Made by a program: the position numbers and the translations under genes | NCBI GenBank assembly: GCA_937871435.1 | Contig: CALMQM010000103.1 | Location: 28,574-92,573 of the forward strand | Source: an uncultured Bacteroidota bacterium | GTDB taxonomy: Bacteria; Bacteroidota; Bacteroidia; AKYH767-A; 2013-40CM-41-45 | Length of the DNA stretch: 64,000 nucleotides | Direction of reading: 5' to 3' | In this document: piece after piece, positions 1-8,448 of the stretch | Numbering within the stretch: position 1 is the stretch's first letter | Layout: each line of letters begins with the position of its first letter | The notes under the pieces: model-generated | Told to the model about the DNA's origin: nothing | The model's input: the letters and a program-made list of their open reading frames with translations, nothing else | The model's database searches: none

Positions 1-533
1 GCTCTGTGGCTCCATTTCTGAAATTGAAAGAATCGTTGTGGTGGGACAATAAAAACACAGCGAATAAAATTGAAAGTAAATCAGATATTATCAACGAATC
101 ATTTCTTGCGGCTATTCGCACTCTGTCGGAACATCTCGGAACAAACCTTTCCAACTGGAACTGGAAGTCAGTCCATACGCTTGAACTGGAACATCCGTTA
201 GGCAAACAAAAACCATTGGATCGTGTGTTCAACCTTGGTCCCTATGCTGAGATGGGCGGAATAGAAACTGTGAATAACCAGAGCTTCAACCTGACTGCTG
301 ATTATCGATGCAGAGTGAATCTTGGTCCTGCTTTGCGACGCATACTTGATTTCGCCGACACTGAACATGGTGTGAGCATCAATCCTTCCGGACAAAGTGG
401 AAATTTTATGAGTCCGCATTATGGTGATCAATGCGCACTTTATGTTACCGGACAGTTCCGACAGGAGATGATGAACCAGGAAGAAATCATTCACATCAGT
501 GGAGATGCTTTGGTACTCTCACCGAAGAAATAA
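1..533 (+). CDS. penicillin acylase / acyl-homoserine-lactone acylase family protein, C-terminal fragment (5' end lies outside the window)
   Basis: The reading frame is open to the window edge. The translation ends with the motif typical of Ntn-hydrolase penicillin-amidase C-termini (INPSGQSGNFMSPHYGDQ...YVTGQF). Confidence 0.55.
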   Translation, partial: SVAPFLKLKESLWWDNKNTANKIESKSDIINESFLAAIRTLSEHLGTNLSNWNWKSVHTLELEHPLGKQKPLDRVFNLGPYAEMGGIETVNNQSFNLTADYRCRVNLGPALRRILDFADTEHGVSINPSGQSGNFMSPHYGDQCALYVTGQFRQEMMNQEEIIHISGDALVLSPKK

Positions 534-701
534 AAAATCTGCTCTTTTTTTTCAATCGTAGAATAGAAATCCATCGGACTTTTCTGTTCTGCTCAATGAT
601 ATTCCATCCCTTGCCAATTGTAATCTGAAAGGCATGATTTCATTTACAAATGAAGATAATTCCTGATGCGAACGCCTGACATATTCGGCTAATCGGCTAT
701 T

Positions 702-734
702 TCCTTTGATATTCCCTCGTCTGTACTACCTTTG
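702..734 (+). promoter_or_regulatory. putative Bacteroidetes sigma-A promoter for tRNA-Arg (TTG ... TACCTTTG -7 box)
   Basis: TACCTTTG at 727-734 matches the Bacteroidetes -7 consensus TAnnTTTG and lies 17 nt upstream of the tRNA 5' end, with a TTG about 22 nt further upstream. The same TAyCTTTGCA motif recurs upstream of crtZ, miaB and csp. Confidence 0.35.
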
Positions 735-751
735 CAGCGCCAATTTTTTAT

Positions 752-825
752 GGTCTCATAGTACAACGGATAGTACGTGGGCCTCCGAAGCCTGAGATCT
801 AGGTTCGATTCCTAGTGAGACCGCA
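752..825 (+). tRNA. tRNA-Arg (anticodon CCG)
   Basis: A cloverleaf was traced by hand. Acceptor stem GGTCTCA pairs with TGAGACC; D-arm is GTAC-AACGGATA-GTAC; anticodon arm is TGGGC-CT[CCG]AA-GCCTG; T-arm is CTAGG-TTCGATT-CCTAG; the discriminator is G at 823. U33 and A37 are in place. Confidence 0.85.
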
Positions 826-832
826 ATCGACT

Positions 833-880
833 AAAACCATGTGTAATTCAGTAAATTACACATGGTTTTTTCTTTTTTAG
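833..880 (+). terminator. rho-independent terminator after the tRNA
   Basis: Perfect inverted repeat AACCATGTGTAATT-cag-TAAATTACACATGGTT followed by a run of T. Confidence 0.7.
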
Positions 881-1023
881 TATGAAGTTATGTGTAACTC
901 ATTTTCATGTGTTATGAGTGCAAACTGAATCGTCGAACAGGTGAAAATTTATCTTTTAAGGAAGAAAAAAAGCGATCCGGAATTAACCATGACCGCTTTG
1001 AAATTATCCTGATTTGAGTGTGT

Positions 1024-2181
1024 TTATTTCTCCCGTAAACTGAAGAGCAATGCTTTTTTTCCTTTGTGCTGAATAAAGCTTGCTCTAAGATCAACGGGAA
1101 TTTCTTTTCCGTCTTTCATCCACACACAAGCAGAGTACTTGGAAATTTGTCCAGAGTAAAATTTACTATGAATGTCTTTTATTTCAGCTTTTCTGTTTTC
1201 CGGAACCAAATCCAACATGTTCGCACCTATCAATGAAGAAACAGGGACTCCCTGAAGGTCACCTGCTTTGGCGTTGGCTTCAAGGATAACACCATTTTCA
1301 TCTTCGATAAACAAGGCATCCGGGGAGTGATCAAAAATATGTCTGAAACGAGATTCAGATTCACGAATACTCTGATCTGCGCGAAGAATTTTTGTGTAAT
1401 CAAACGCGAAAGCACCAATGAATACTTTTCCATTTGACTGCGGCAAAGGAAATTTATGAATGACCCAATCTCTTTCGATTCCATCAGAAGAAGAAAGTCT
1501 GTCAAGATATTCTACAGACTTGCCGTAATCCAGACACAATTTGTCTGTGTCGCGGATGTTTTCTGCCTTATCCGGAAAAATAGCATCGTACGTTTTACCT
1601 ATGAGGTCAGCCATCTTCCGGTTAGTCATCTGTTGAAATGCCTCATTCATGAAAACATATTTTCCGTGTTCATCTCGAATCCAGGCTGCGCCGGGCGCAT
1701 TATTCATGAATATACGAAATCGTTCTTCGCTTTCTTCCAACTGAAGTTCAAAGGATTTTCTTTCAGATATCTCACGCATCTGAACCATCACTCCGTTCAC
1801 CTGAGATATATTGATCATGTTGTTGAAGATGCATTCCATCCACACAAACTCGTTATGTACATTGCGTATCCGGTAATCCGCTGTTACACGATTTCCGGGA
1901 TACACCAGCAACACTGATTGGCGAAGCCTGGCAGCATGGTGATCATCCGGATGAATATATTCGAGCGCGGATTTACCGATTAGGGTTTCCGGATCAAATC
2001 CAAAAAGTTTGTTGACAGTTGGGCTTGCATAAAGGACGAAACCATGTTCATCCACCACAAAAAATGCATCTGTACGATGCTCAATTAACTTATCGAAATA
2101 CTCTGGCTTCCTGACGTGCTTATTCAAATTCATTGGGAAATAATAATGCGTTAAAAAAACAAAATTTATTTTGGATTTCAT
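1024..2181 (-). CDS. PAS-domain protein (about three tandem PAS/PAC modules, no recognisable output domain)
   Basis: The 385-aa ORF carries repeated PAS-like blocks (DAFFVVDEHGFVLYASP..., RIFMNNAPGAAWIRDEHGKYVFMNEAF..., RHIFDHSPDALFIEDENGVILEAN...). It is divergent from crtZ. No LOV NCRFLQ motif was seen. Confidence 0.55.
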   Translation of the reverse strand: MKSKINFVFLTHYYFPMNLNKHVRKPEYFDKLIEHRTDAFFVVDEHGFVLYASPTVNKLFGFDPETLIGKSALEYIHPDDHHAARLRQSVLLVYPGNRVTADYRIRNVHNEFVWMECIFNNMINISQVNGVMVQMREISERKSFELQLEESEERFRIFMNNAPGAAWIRDEHGKYVFMNEAFQQMTNRKMADLIGKTYDAIFPDKAENIRDTDKLCLDYGKSVEYLDRLSSSDGIERDWVIHKFPLPQSNGKVFIGAFAFDYTKILRADQSIRESESRFRHIFDHSPDALFIEDENGVILEANAKAGDLQGVPVSSLIGANMLDLVPENRKAEIKDIHSKFYSGQISKYSACVWMKDGKEIPVDLRASFIQHKGKKALLFSLREK

Positions 2182-2245
2182 ATGAAATAAAAGTTAGTTT
2201 AACAGAAGAAATACAAAAGCTAAAAACAATCAAGCATTCTGATTG

Positions 2246-2274
2246 TTGAGAATTGTGATCTTAAGCTATCTTTG
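2246..2274 (+). promoter_or_regulatory. putative sigma-A promoter of the crt operon (TTG-N18-TATCTTTG)
   Basis: TATCTTTG at 2267-2274 matches TAnnTTTG, with TTG at 2246-2248. The element ends only 5 nt before the crtZ ATG, so the leader is very short. Confidence 0.35.
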
Positions 2275-2279
2275 CAGTC

Positions 2280-2729
2280 ATGGAAAATACATTGATAATC
2301 AACTTCTTGTCTTTTGTCGGTGCTTTTTCGCTTATGGAAGGAGTGGCCTGGACAACACACAAATATGTGATGCATGGATTTCTCTGGAACCTTCATGAAT
2401 CACATCACCGTCCGCATAAAGGTGCTTTTGAGAAAAACGATTTCTTCTTCCTCATCTATGCAAGCATCGCAATATGTCTGATGTACTTCGGTTACGAACA
2501 GCTGGATTACAGATTTTGGATGGGTCTGGGAGTGACTGCTTATGGTTTCACTTATTTTCTCCTACACGATGTTTTCATTCATCGTCGCGGCAAATGGCTG
2601 GAGAAAATAAACTCCCGTTATTTTCAGGCAATGAGAAAGGCACACAAAGTTCACCACAAGTGTCTCGACAAAGAGGGCGCTGAAGAATTCGGACTTTTGC
2701 TTTTTAAACGTAAACATTTTCGTCCCTGA
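2280..2729 (+). CDS. crtZ: beta-carotene hydroxylase
   Basis: 149-aa membrane protein with the fatty-acid-hydroxylase histidine boxes (HESHHRPH, HDVFIHRR, HKVHH). Confidence 0.75.
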   Translation: MENTLIINFLSFVGAFSLMEGVAWTTHKYVMHGFLWNLHESHHRPHKGAFEKNDFFFLIYASIAICLMYFGYEQLDYRFWMGLGVTAYGFTYFLLHDVFIHRRGKWLEKINSRYFQAMRKAHKVHHKCLDKEGAEEFGLLLFKRKHFRP

Positions 2730-2794
2730 TTTTTTATGTCTGGATTGAACAATAATTAATTCAGACTGTTCCGGAATAATATCGAATTACACAC

Positions 2795-4276
2795 ATGTCT
2801 AAAAGTGTATTGATTATAGGTACAGGTCTGGGAGCGTTGGCAACTGCATTGCGTTTGTCATCAAAAGGCTACCGTGTAGAAATGGTAGAGAAACACCACA
2901 GAGCAGGCGGACGACTAAACCTTATTGAAAAAGATGGATTTACTTTTGACATGGGTCCGTCTTTCTTCAGCATGAGTTATGAATTCGACGAACTGTTCAG
3001 ATCATGCAACATGGCCAATCCACTGGTTTTGCAGGAACTGGATCCGGTATATTCTGTTCGGTTTTCAAACCGTGAAAAACCTTTCATGATTTACAAGGAC
3101 ATTGAAAAACTTGCCGGCGAATTCAAAGGTCTGGAAGACAACTTTGAATATAAATTAAAAAAATATCTTCAGGGAGCGAGGACTATTTTTCATGATACAG
3201 AAGATATAGTGATCCGTAAAAACTTCAGCTCAAGACTTGATTATCTGCTTCAACTCACACGTGTACCTTTGAAACACAGTCCGAAAATGTTTCGCTCCAT
3301 GTGGACTGAACTCAGCAAAACCTTTGAGTCGGAAGAGGCCAGAGTTATTTTTTCATTGGTTGCGTTTTTCCTTGGAGCCACACCATTTCAAACTCCGGCG
3401 GTTTACAGTTTGCTTACCTACACGGAACTGGAACATGACGGATACTGGAATGTAAAAGGAGGCATGTATAAGATTGTGGAAGAACTCCTTCGTCTGCTTG
3501 ATGAAAGAAATGTCAGGATTCATTACAACACAGAAATCATCTCTGTACAAACTGAATTCGGGAACATCAGATCTTTTGTAGATCAAAACGGAAAAGAATG
3601 GAAAGCAGACATTTTTGTATCGAACAGTGATGCGGCATCCTTTCGCGGAAAAATACTTCAGCGAAAAAAGTTCACTGAAAAGAAACTGGATGCCATGGAT
3701 TGGACTTTGGCACCTTTCACTATTTACCTCGGCTTAGACAGAAAAATTCCAAACCTCATTCATCACAACTATTTTCTTGGGAGCAATTTCAGACAGTATG
3801 CGGATTCAATTTTCAGTACATCCGTAACGCCTGAAAAACCATATTATTACGTAAACGTTTCCAGTAAGTCGAATCCTGAATGTGCACCCGAAGGATGTGA
3901 GAATATTTTCATTCTCTGTCCGGTTCCGGATCTGCGTCACAAACCTGAATGGAGTGATTCGGAGAAATTTACTGATACTATTCTCACTGATTTTTCCACG
4001 CGCATCGGAATTGATGTAAAAAAACATATCGTGTCAAAGACTATTCTCAATCCTATTCACTGGCAGAATCAGTTTAATTTGTACAGAGGCAGCGGTCTCG
4101 GACTTGCACACGGTTTGAATCAGGTTGGGGGAATGCGTCCTTCCAACAAAGACGAAGAATATGATAATTTATATTATGTAGGTGCCTCTACTACACCCGG
4201 CACAGGCTTGCCGATGGTGGTCATCAGCTCCAAACTTGTTACAGAAAGAATCGAACATGAGTATCACTTTGTATAA
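2795..4276 (+). CDS. crtI: phytoene desaturase
   Basis: N-terminal FAD-binding motif VLIIGTGLGALATALRLSSKGYRVEMVEK. The 493-aa length fits, and the gene sits immediately upstream of crtB. Confidence 0.8.
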   Translation: MSKSVLIIGTGLGALATALRLSSKGYRVEMVEKHHRAGGRLNLIEKDGFTFDMGPSFFSMSYEFDELFRSCNMANPLVLQELDPVYSVRFSNREKPFMIYKDIEKLAGEFKGLEDNFEYKLKKYLQGARTIFHDTEDIVIRKNFSSRLDYLLQLTRVPLKHSPKMFRSMWTELSKTFESEEARVIFSLVAFFLGATPFQTPAVYSLLTYTELEHDGYWNVKGGMYKIVEELLRLLDERNVRIHYNTEIISVQTEFGNIRSFVDQNGKEWKADIFVSNSDAASFRGKILQRKKFTEKKLDAMDWTLAPFTIYLGLDRKIPNLIHHNYFLGSNFRQYADSIFSTSVTPEKPYYYVNVSSKSNPECAPEGCENIFILCPVPDLRHKPEWSDSEKFTDTILTDFSTRIGIDVKKHIVSKTILNPIHWQNQFNLYRGSGLGLAHGLNQVGGMRPSNKDEEYDNLYYVGASTTPGTGLPMVVISSKLVTERIEHEYHFV

Positions 4277-5096
4277 CAGCACCAGCTACAAAATCAGCAG
4301 GCTGATCACGAAGAGGTATAGCACTTCGTTTTCGCTTGGCATTCGTATGCTACACAAGAAATATCACAATCCGATCTATGCGATTTATGGATTTGTTCGA
4401 TGTGCGGATGAAATTGTGGACAGTTTCCCTGATTCTATTCAGGAAGATCTGCTCATGAAATTTATTGATGACACACACCAGGCAATTCAAAAGAAAGTGA
4501 GTGCTCATCCTGTTCTCCATGCTTTCCAGGAAGTCGTCCATCAGTATTCTATAGAGCAGGATCTGATCAAAGCTTTTTTTCACAGTATGCAAATGGACTT
4601 GATTGAAAAAAAACATGCAGAGCAATCCTATTCTGAATACATTTATGGAAGCGCAGAAGTAGTCGGACTCATGTGTTTGAATGTATTTTGTGAAAACAAC
4701 CGGGAGCTGTACAATCAATTGCTTGCGCCGGCAAGGAGCCTCGGATCCGCATTTCAGAAAATCAATTTCCTCCGCGACATGAAAAGTGATTTTCAGGAAA
4801 GAGGACGCACCTATTTCCCTGGAGTCGAATTCGAAAATTTTTCACAAACCAGCAAGCAACAAATTGAAGCAGATATTCAAAAAGATCTGGACGACAGTCT
4901 CCAGGGGATTCGCTCCTTGCCTTCCGGTTCCCGGCTTGGAGTATCTGTAGCATATGTTTATTATTGCTCCCTGTTCCGTAAAATTAAATCTACTTCTCCG
5001 GCTGTAATTTTGGAAGAACGCATCCGGGTTCCTGATTCGGAAAAATTATTTTTATTGATAAAAACCTGGTTCCGATTCCAGTTAAATCTCATCTGA
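4257..5096 (+). CDS. crtB: phytoene synthase (squalene/phytoene synthase family)
   Basis: Start trimmed to the ATG at 4257, which overlaps the crtI stop by 20 nt. Contains YGFVRCADEIVD and other isoprenoid-synthase-like Asp-rich regions. Confidence 0.75.
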   Translation: MSITLYNSTSYKISRLITKRYSTSFSLGIRMLHKKYHNPIYAIYGFVRCADEIVDSFPDSIQEDLLMKFIDDTHQAIQKKVSAHPVLHAFQEVVHQYSIEQDLIKAFFHSMQMDLIEKKHAEQSYSEYIYGSAEVVGLMCLNVFCENNRELYNQLLAPARSLGSAFQKINFLRDMKSDFQERGRTYFPGVEFENFSQTSKQQIEADIQKDLDDSLQGIRSLPSGSRLGVSVAYVYYCSLFRKIKSTSPAVILEERIRVPDSEKLFLLIKTWFRFQLNLI

Positions 5097-5603
5097 GTGA
5101 AAGGCGTCCGATTCATTCTCCTGTTGTTATCTATGCCGGTTATAAGTTACGGATCGACTTACACGGTGGATCAAGCCAGAATTGCTTTTGAAATAGCCGC
5201 GACCAACGAAGATAAAACGACGGAATTATTAAATAATCTGAACGATTCAAATCTCACACCGATCCTACTGGCATACCGTGGCGCAACAGAAGCTTTAATG
5301 GGAAAATTTGCCGGTGTACCATGGTCTAAGTACACCTGGTGCAAACAATCCATGAGAACTTTTGAAAAAGCAGTAGCCGCTGAACCAGAGAATATCGAAA
5401 TTCGCTATCTGCGGATTACCATTCAAATTCATTTGCCGGCTATTCTGAATATGAGTGGTGATATTGAATCGGATAAAGCATGTATTTTGAAAAACCTGAA
5501 GTTCTCACACAATGAGCTCATGAATAAAAAAATTGCTGATTATCTTCTGGTGAATACAACTTGTTCGGAACAGGAAAAAACAACATTACTTGCATATCGC
5601 TGA
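5097..5603 (+). CDS. hypothetical exported protein embedded in the crt operon
   Basis: 168-aa ORF with a GTG start right after the crtB stop (alternative ATG at 5133). N-terminal signal-peptide-like segment; no family recognised. Confidence 0.4.
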   Translation: MKGVRFILLLLSMPVISYGSTYTVDQARIAFEIAATNEDKTTELLNNLNDSNLTPILLAYRGATEALMGKFAGVPWSKYTWCKQSMRTFEKAVAAEPENIEIRYLRITIQIHLPAILNMSGDIESDKACILKNLKFSHNELMNKKIADYLLVNTTCSEQEKTTLLAYR

Positions 5604-5615
5604 GATCAGAAAAAT

Positions 5616-6326
5616 GTGTACGAAAGCACCCAAGCAGCAAATGGCATGAAATACACTTACCTGCTGATTAACTTTTTCTCTATCCTGGTTCCTCTTCTTT
5701 TTTCCTTTGAGAGACGTTTGCAATTTTTCAAATTCTGGAAGGCTCTATTTCCCGCAGTTTTGATCACAGGAATATTTTTTATTGTCTGGGATCATTATCT
5801 CACAGTATGGAAGGTCTGGTCATTCAATCCGGATTTCATTACCGGCTATATTCTTTGGGATTTACCTGTGGAAGAATGGCTTTTCTTTATTACCATTCCC
5901 TACTCCTGTCTTTTTATCTATGAGAGTGTGAATTTTATTTCTAAAAAAGATCCTTTTCAGCCTATTTCAAAAAACATTTCTAAAGTTTTGATTGTTATCC
6001 TCATTGTTGTAGCGCTGTTCAATATGGACAAAAGCTACACCGGTATTAAACTTTCATTAACAGCGTTCTTGCTCATTTGGGTAGTGCTTAAAGATTATCC
6101 TTTCATGGGAAAATTTTACCGGGCTTACCTGATCAGTATGATTCCGTTCTTCATTGTAAATGGATTATTGACATCCTTGCCGGTTGTTCTATACAATGAC
6201 CAGGAAAATCTGGGGATCCGACTGGGAACAATTCCTGTCGAAGATACACAGTACAGTTTGCTCCTGTTGTTGATGAATGTTTGCTGGTATGAATACTTTA
6301 AAAAGAAACTGAAAATATCTGAGTAG
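5616..6326 (+). CDS. lycopene cyclase domain protein (fused CrtYc/Yd-type)
   Basis: Polytopic membrane protein with two copies of the lycopene-cyclase-domain PxEE/PxED motif (LPVEEWLFF and IPVEDTQY). The likely true start is the ATG at 5646 (MKYTYL...). Confidence 0.55.
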   Translation: MYESTQAANGMKYTYLLINFFSILVPLLFSFERRLQFFKFWKALFPAVLITGIFFIVWDHYLTVWKVWSFNPDFITGYILWDLPVEEWLFFITIPYSCLFIYESVNFISKKDPFQPISKNISKVLIVILIVVALFNMDKSYTGIKLSLTAFLLIWVVLKDYPFMGKFYRAYLISMIPFFIVNGLLTSLPVVLYNDQENLGIRLGTIPVEDTQYSLLLLLMNVCWYEYFKKKLKISE

Positions 6327-6415
6327 GCGGGGTAATTCTCAAAAATACTGAGAACAACTCTCACTTATTTCCGGATTCCTTCATTCGAATTCTTCAACTA
6401 TGCAGCGATCAGGTC

Positions 6416-7261
6416 ATGAAAAATCTTGATGTCATCATAGATCATCAATCAGGGTTTTGCTTTGGTGTTGTGTATGCTATACACCTCGCTGAAGAAATTC
6501 TGAATGAAACCGGATCACTTTATTGCCTTGGAGATATCGTTCATAACGATGCCGAGATCGATCGTCTCCGAAAAAAAGGATTGAAAATTATTACTCACGC
6601 TGAACTAAAAAACCTCCGCAATGAGCAGGTATTAATTCGGGCGCATGGAGAACCTCCATCTACCTATGCGCTGGCAATGGAAAATAACCTCAATCTGGTT
6701 GATGCTTCTTGTCCCGTAGTGTTGAAATTGCAAAACCGGGTGAAGCAAACAGCCGATCAGAATAAGAAAATATTCATTTACGGAAAACGAGGACATGCAG
6801 AAGTTGAAGGCCTGATCGGACAGGTAGAATCGGATGTAGTGGTTTTCCAGGATCTCAATGAACTCGATCCGGAAAATATTCCGGATGAAATTTCTCTCTA
6901 TAGTCAGACAACCAAAAGCACAGAAAAATTTTATCAGATTTACCAGGAGCTGGTTGCGAAAGGAATCGATGTTGAACTGAATGATACTACATGCAGACAA
7001 GTTTCGAACAGAGATTTACAGCTGAGAGAATTTGCTAAGACTGTAAACGTGGTCCTTTTTGTTTCCGGACAAAAATCTTCCAACGGAAAAGTATTGTTTG
7101 AAGTGTGCAAAGCCACCAATAACAGAAGTTATTTTTTAAGTAGTCCTGATGAAGTTTGTGAAAGCTGGTTTCAGCCCAACGAAAAAATTGGAATCTGCGG
7201 CGCTACTTCTACACCGATGTGGTTGATGGAGGAAGTGAGAGAGCGGGTTTTGAGTTGCTAG
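6416..7261 (+). CDS. ispH: 4-hydroxy-3-methylbut-2-enyl diphosphate reductase
   Basis: 281-aa protein with the IspH/LytB N-terminus (SGFCFGVVYAI) and conserved Cys and His positions. Lies directly after the carotenoid genes. Confidence 0.8.
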   Translation: MKNLDVIIDHQSGFCFGVVYAIHLAEEILNETGSLYCLGDIVHNDAEIDRLRKKGLKIITHAELKNLRNEQVLIRAHGEPPSTYALAMENNLNLVDASCPVVLKLQNRVKQTADQNKKIFIYGKRGHAEVEGLIGQVESDVVVFQDLNELDPENIPDEISLYSQTTKSTEKFYQIYQELVAKGIDVELNDTTCRQVSNRDLQLREFAKTVNVVLFVSGQKSSNGKVLFEVCKATNNRSYFLSSPDEVCESWFQPNEKIGICGATSTPMWLMEEVRERVLSC

Positions 7262-7320
7262 TTCCGGGTTCCATGTTCCTGGTTTCTGGTTTTGGGTTTT
7301 GTTACCCGTTTCTTTCATTA
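7262..7320. repeat. GGTTCC/GGTTTC simple-sequence tract immediately after the ispH stop
   Basis: gttccgggttccatgttcctggtttctggttttgggttttg. The same motif family occurs after the stop at 22317. Confidence 0.6.
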
Positions 7321-7324
7321 AATC

Positions 7325-7520
7325 CCTCGTCTCGCTTCACGTCCCTTGTCACTTCTTCACGTCCCTTGTCCCTCTTTCACGTCCCTTGTCCCTACTTCAC
7401 GTCCCTCGTCCCCCTTTCACGTCCCTTGTCCCTCATTCACGTCTCTCGTCCCCCTTTCACGTCCCCTGTCCCTCCTTCACGCCCCTCGTCCCTTCTTTCA
7501 CGTCCCTTGTCCCTCTCCCT
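7325..7520. repeat. about 9 tandem copies of a 20-nt minisatellite (consensus CACGTCCCTTGTCCCTCTTT)
   Basis: Contiguous 20-nt units with point variants. All three forward frames are open across it because 20 is not a multiple of 3. The inverted counterpart lies at 28935-29100. Confidence 0.85.
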
Positions 7521-7528
7521 GCATCATA

Positions 7529-7566
7529 CAAAAAAAAGACCCTCGCTGATTGCAAGGGTCTTTTTA
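7529..7566. terminator. bidirectional rho-independent terminator between ispH and gldN
   Basis: A-run, then hairpin AGACCCT-cgctgattgca-AGGGTCT, then T-run. Confidence 0.65.
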
Positions 7567-7581
7567 TATTTCCTCGGGAGA

Positions 7582-8427
7582 TTAGAATTCCCACATATCG
7601 TGTTCAAAATTGGTGATGTCGTCTTTGATGCGTTCTGCCTCGAGGAGAGCACTGAGGCCCTGGCGATAGTCAGATATCAAACGATCATACACGTTGGCTT
7701 CTTTGTAAATATAAGAGCCAAACAGACGCTTTTGAAAGATGTCATCGAATGATCTCCGTTCCGCATCATTTTGTCTGTTGAAGACTTCTGCGTTAGCAAG
7801 CAACTTACGAGCTTCAGGATAGTAGATCCAGAACAGTGGTTTCTTGATATTGCCTTCACGGACATTTCCGAATTCATCACGGTCATAAATGAGTGGTGCA
7901 ATTCCGATTATGCGAACATCCATTACTGAACGTTGTTTGTCGAAGAACCAATCTTCCTTCACGCGATAACCAATGACATTGTCACGAGAAAATTCTTTTA
8001 CGATCAGGGTATCGAATTCATCGTACGGAGGATCCGGACGTTGCATTTTTGTAGAATCAGTACGCGCACCACCACGAGCCTCAATTTCTTTCAGTGTGAT
8101 AGGCAGGGTAAACTGATCATCGATATAACCATAAGCAGTAAGAGATCCTTCTGTGATGGCATCCATCAGTACATCGATCAGATTTTTGCGGTCTTTGGTA
8201 GCATCGTGTAAAGGATATTTGAGCGGAAGATTGATCTTCTCGTTCAAGTCAATCACACGCCAAACTCTTTTAGACCACATTACATCGGCTTCACGTAAAT
8301 AAGGATACGGAATCACCTGACGGGTGACTGTATGCTCTTTTACATAAACTCCGTCGAGTACGTTCTGCGACATTGCCGCTCCTGCAAGCAGGGAAGCGAA
8401 GAATGTCATGAGAAGTCTGATTTTCAT
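7582..8427 (-). CDS. gldN: gliding motility / T9SS protein GldN (PorN)
   Basis: 281-aa periplasmic protein and the last gene of the porP-gldKLMN block. Confidence 0.75.
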   Translation of the reverse strand: MKIRLLMTFFASLLAGAAMSQNVLDGVYVKEHTVTRQVIPYPYLREADVMWSKRVWRVIDLNEKINLPLKYPLHDATKDRKNLIDVLMDAITEGSLTAYGYIDDQFTLPITLKEIEARGGARTDSTKMQRPDPPYDEFDTLIVKEFSRDNVIGYRVKEDWFFDKQRSVMDVRIIGIAPLIYDRDEFGNVREGNIKKPLFWIYYPEARKLLANAEVFNRQNDAERRSFDDIFQKRLFGSYIYKEANVYDRLISDYRQGLSALLEAERIKDDITNFEHDMWEF

Positions 8428-8448
8428 TTGATAACCTTTAGGTTGAAC

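Noticed and set aside
1024-2181. LOV/BLUF photoreceptor identity for the PAS protein next to the crt genes.
   Set aside because: No GXNCRFLQ flavin-cysteine motif and no BLUF signature were seen. Only a generic PAS assignment is supportable.
4182-4256. ORF-track N-terminal extensions of crtB (4182), miaB (19503), the sigma-54 activator (20989) and the asparaginase (36509).
   Set aside because: The extensions overlap upstream genes by 75-130 nt and lack conserved sequence. Internal ATGs that abut the upstream stop codons, or that sit in front of a Tat signal, are far more plausible starts.
7219-7752. Three overlapping plus-strand ORFs (7219-7752, 7299-7616, 7346-7549) encoding Pro/Ser/Leu-rich peptides.
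   Set aside because: They span the 20-nt tandem repeat. All three frames are open because the period is not a multiple of 3, and there is no start context. They are artefacts of the repeat.
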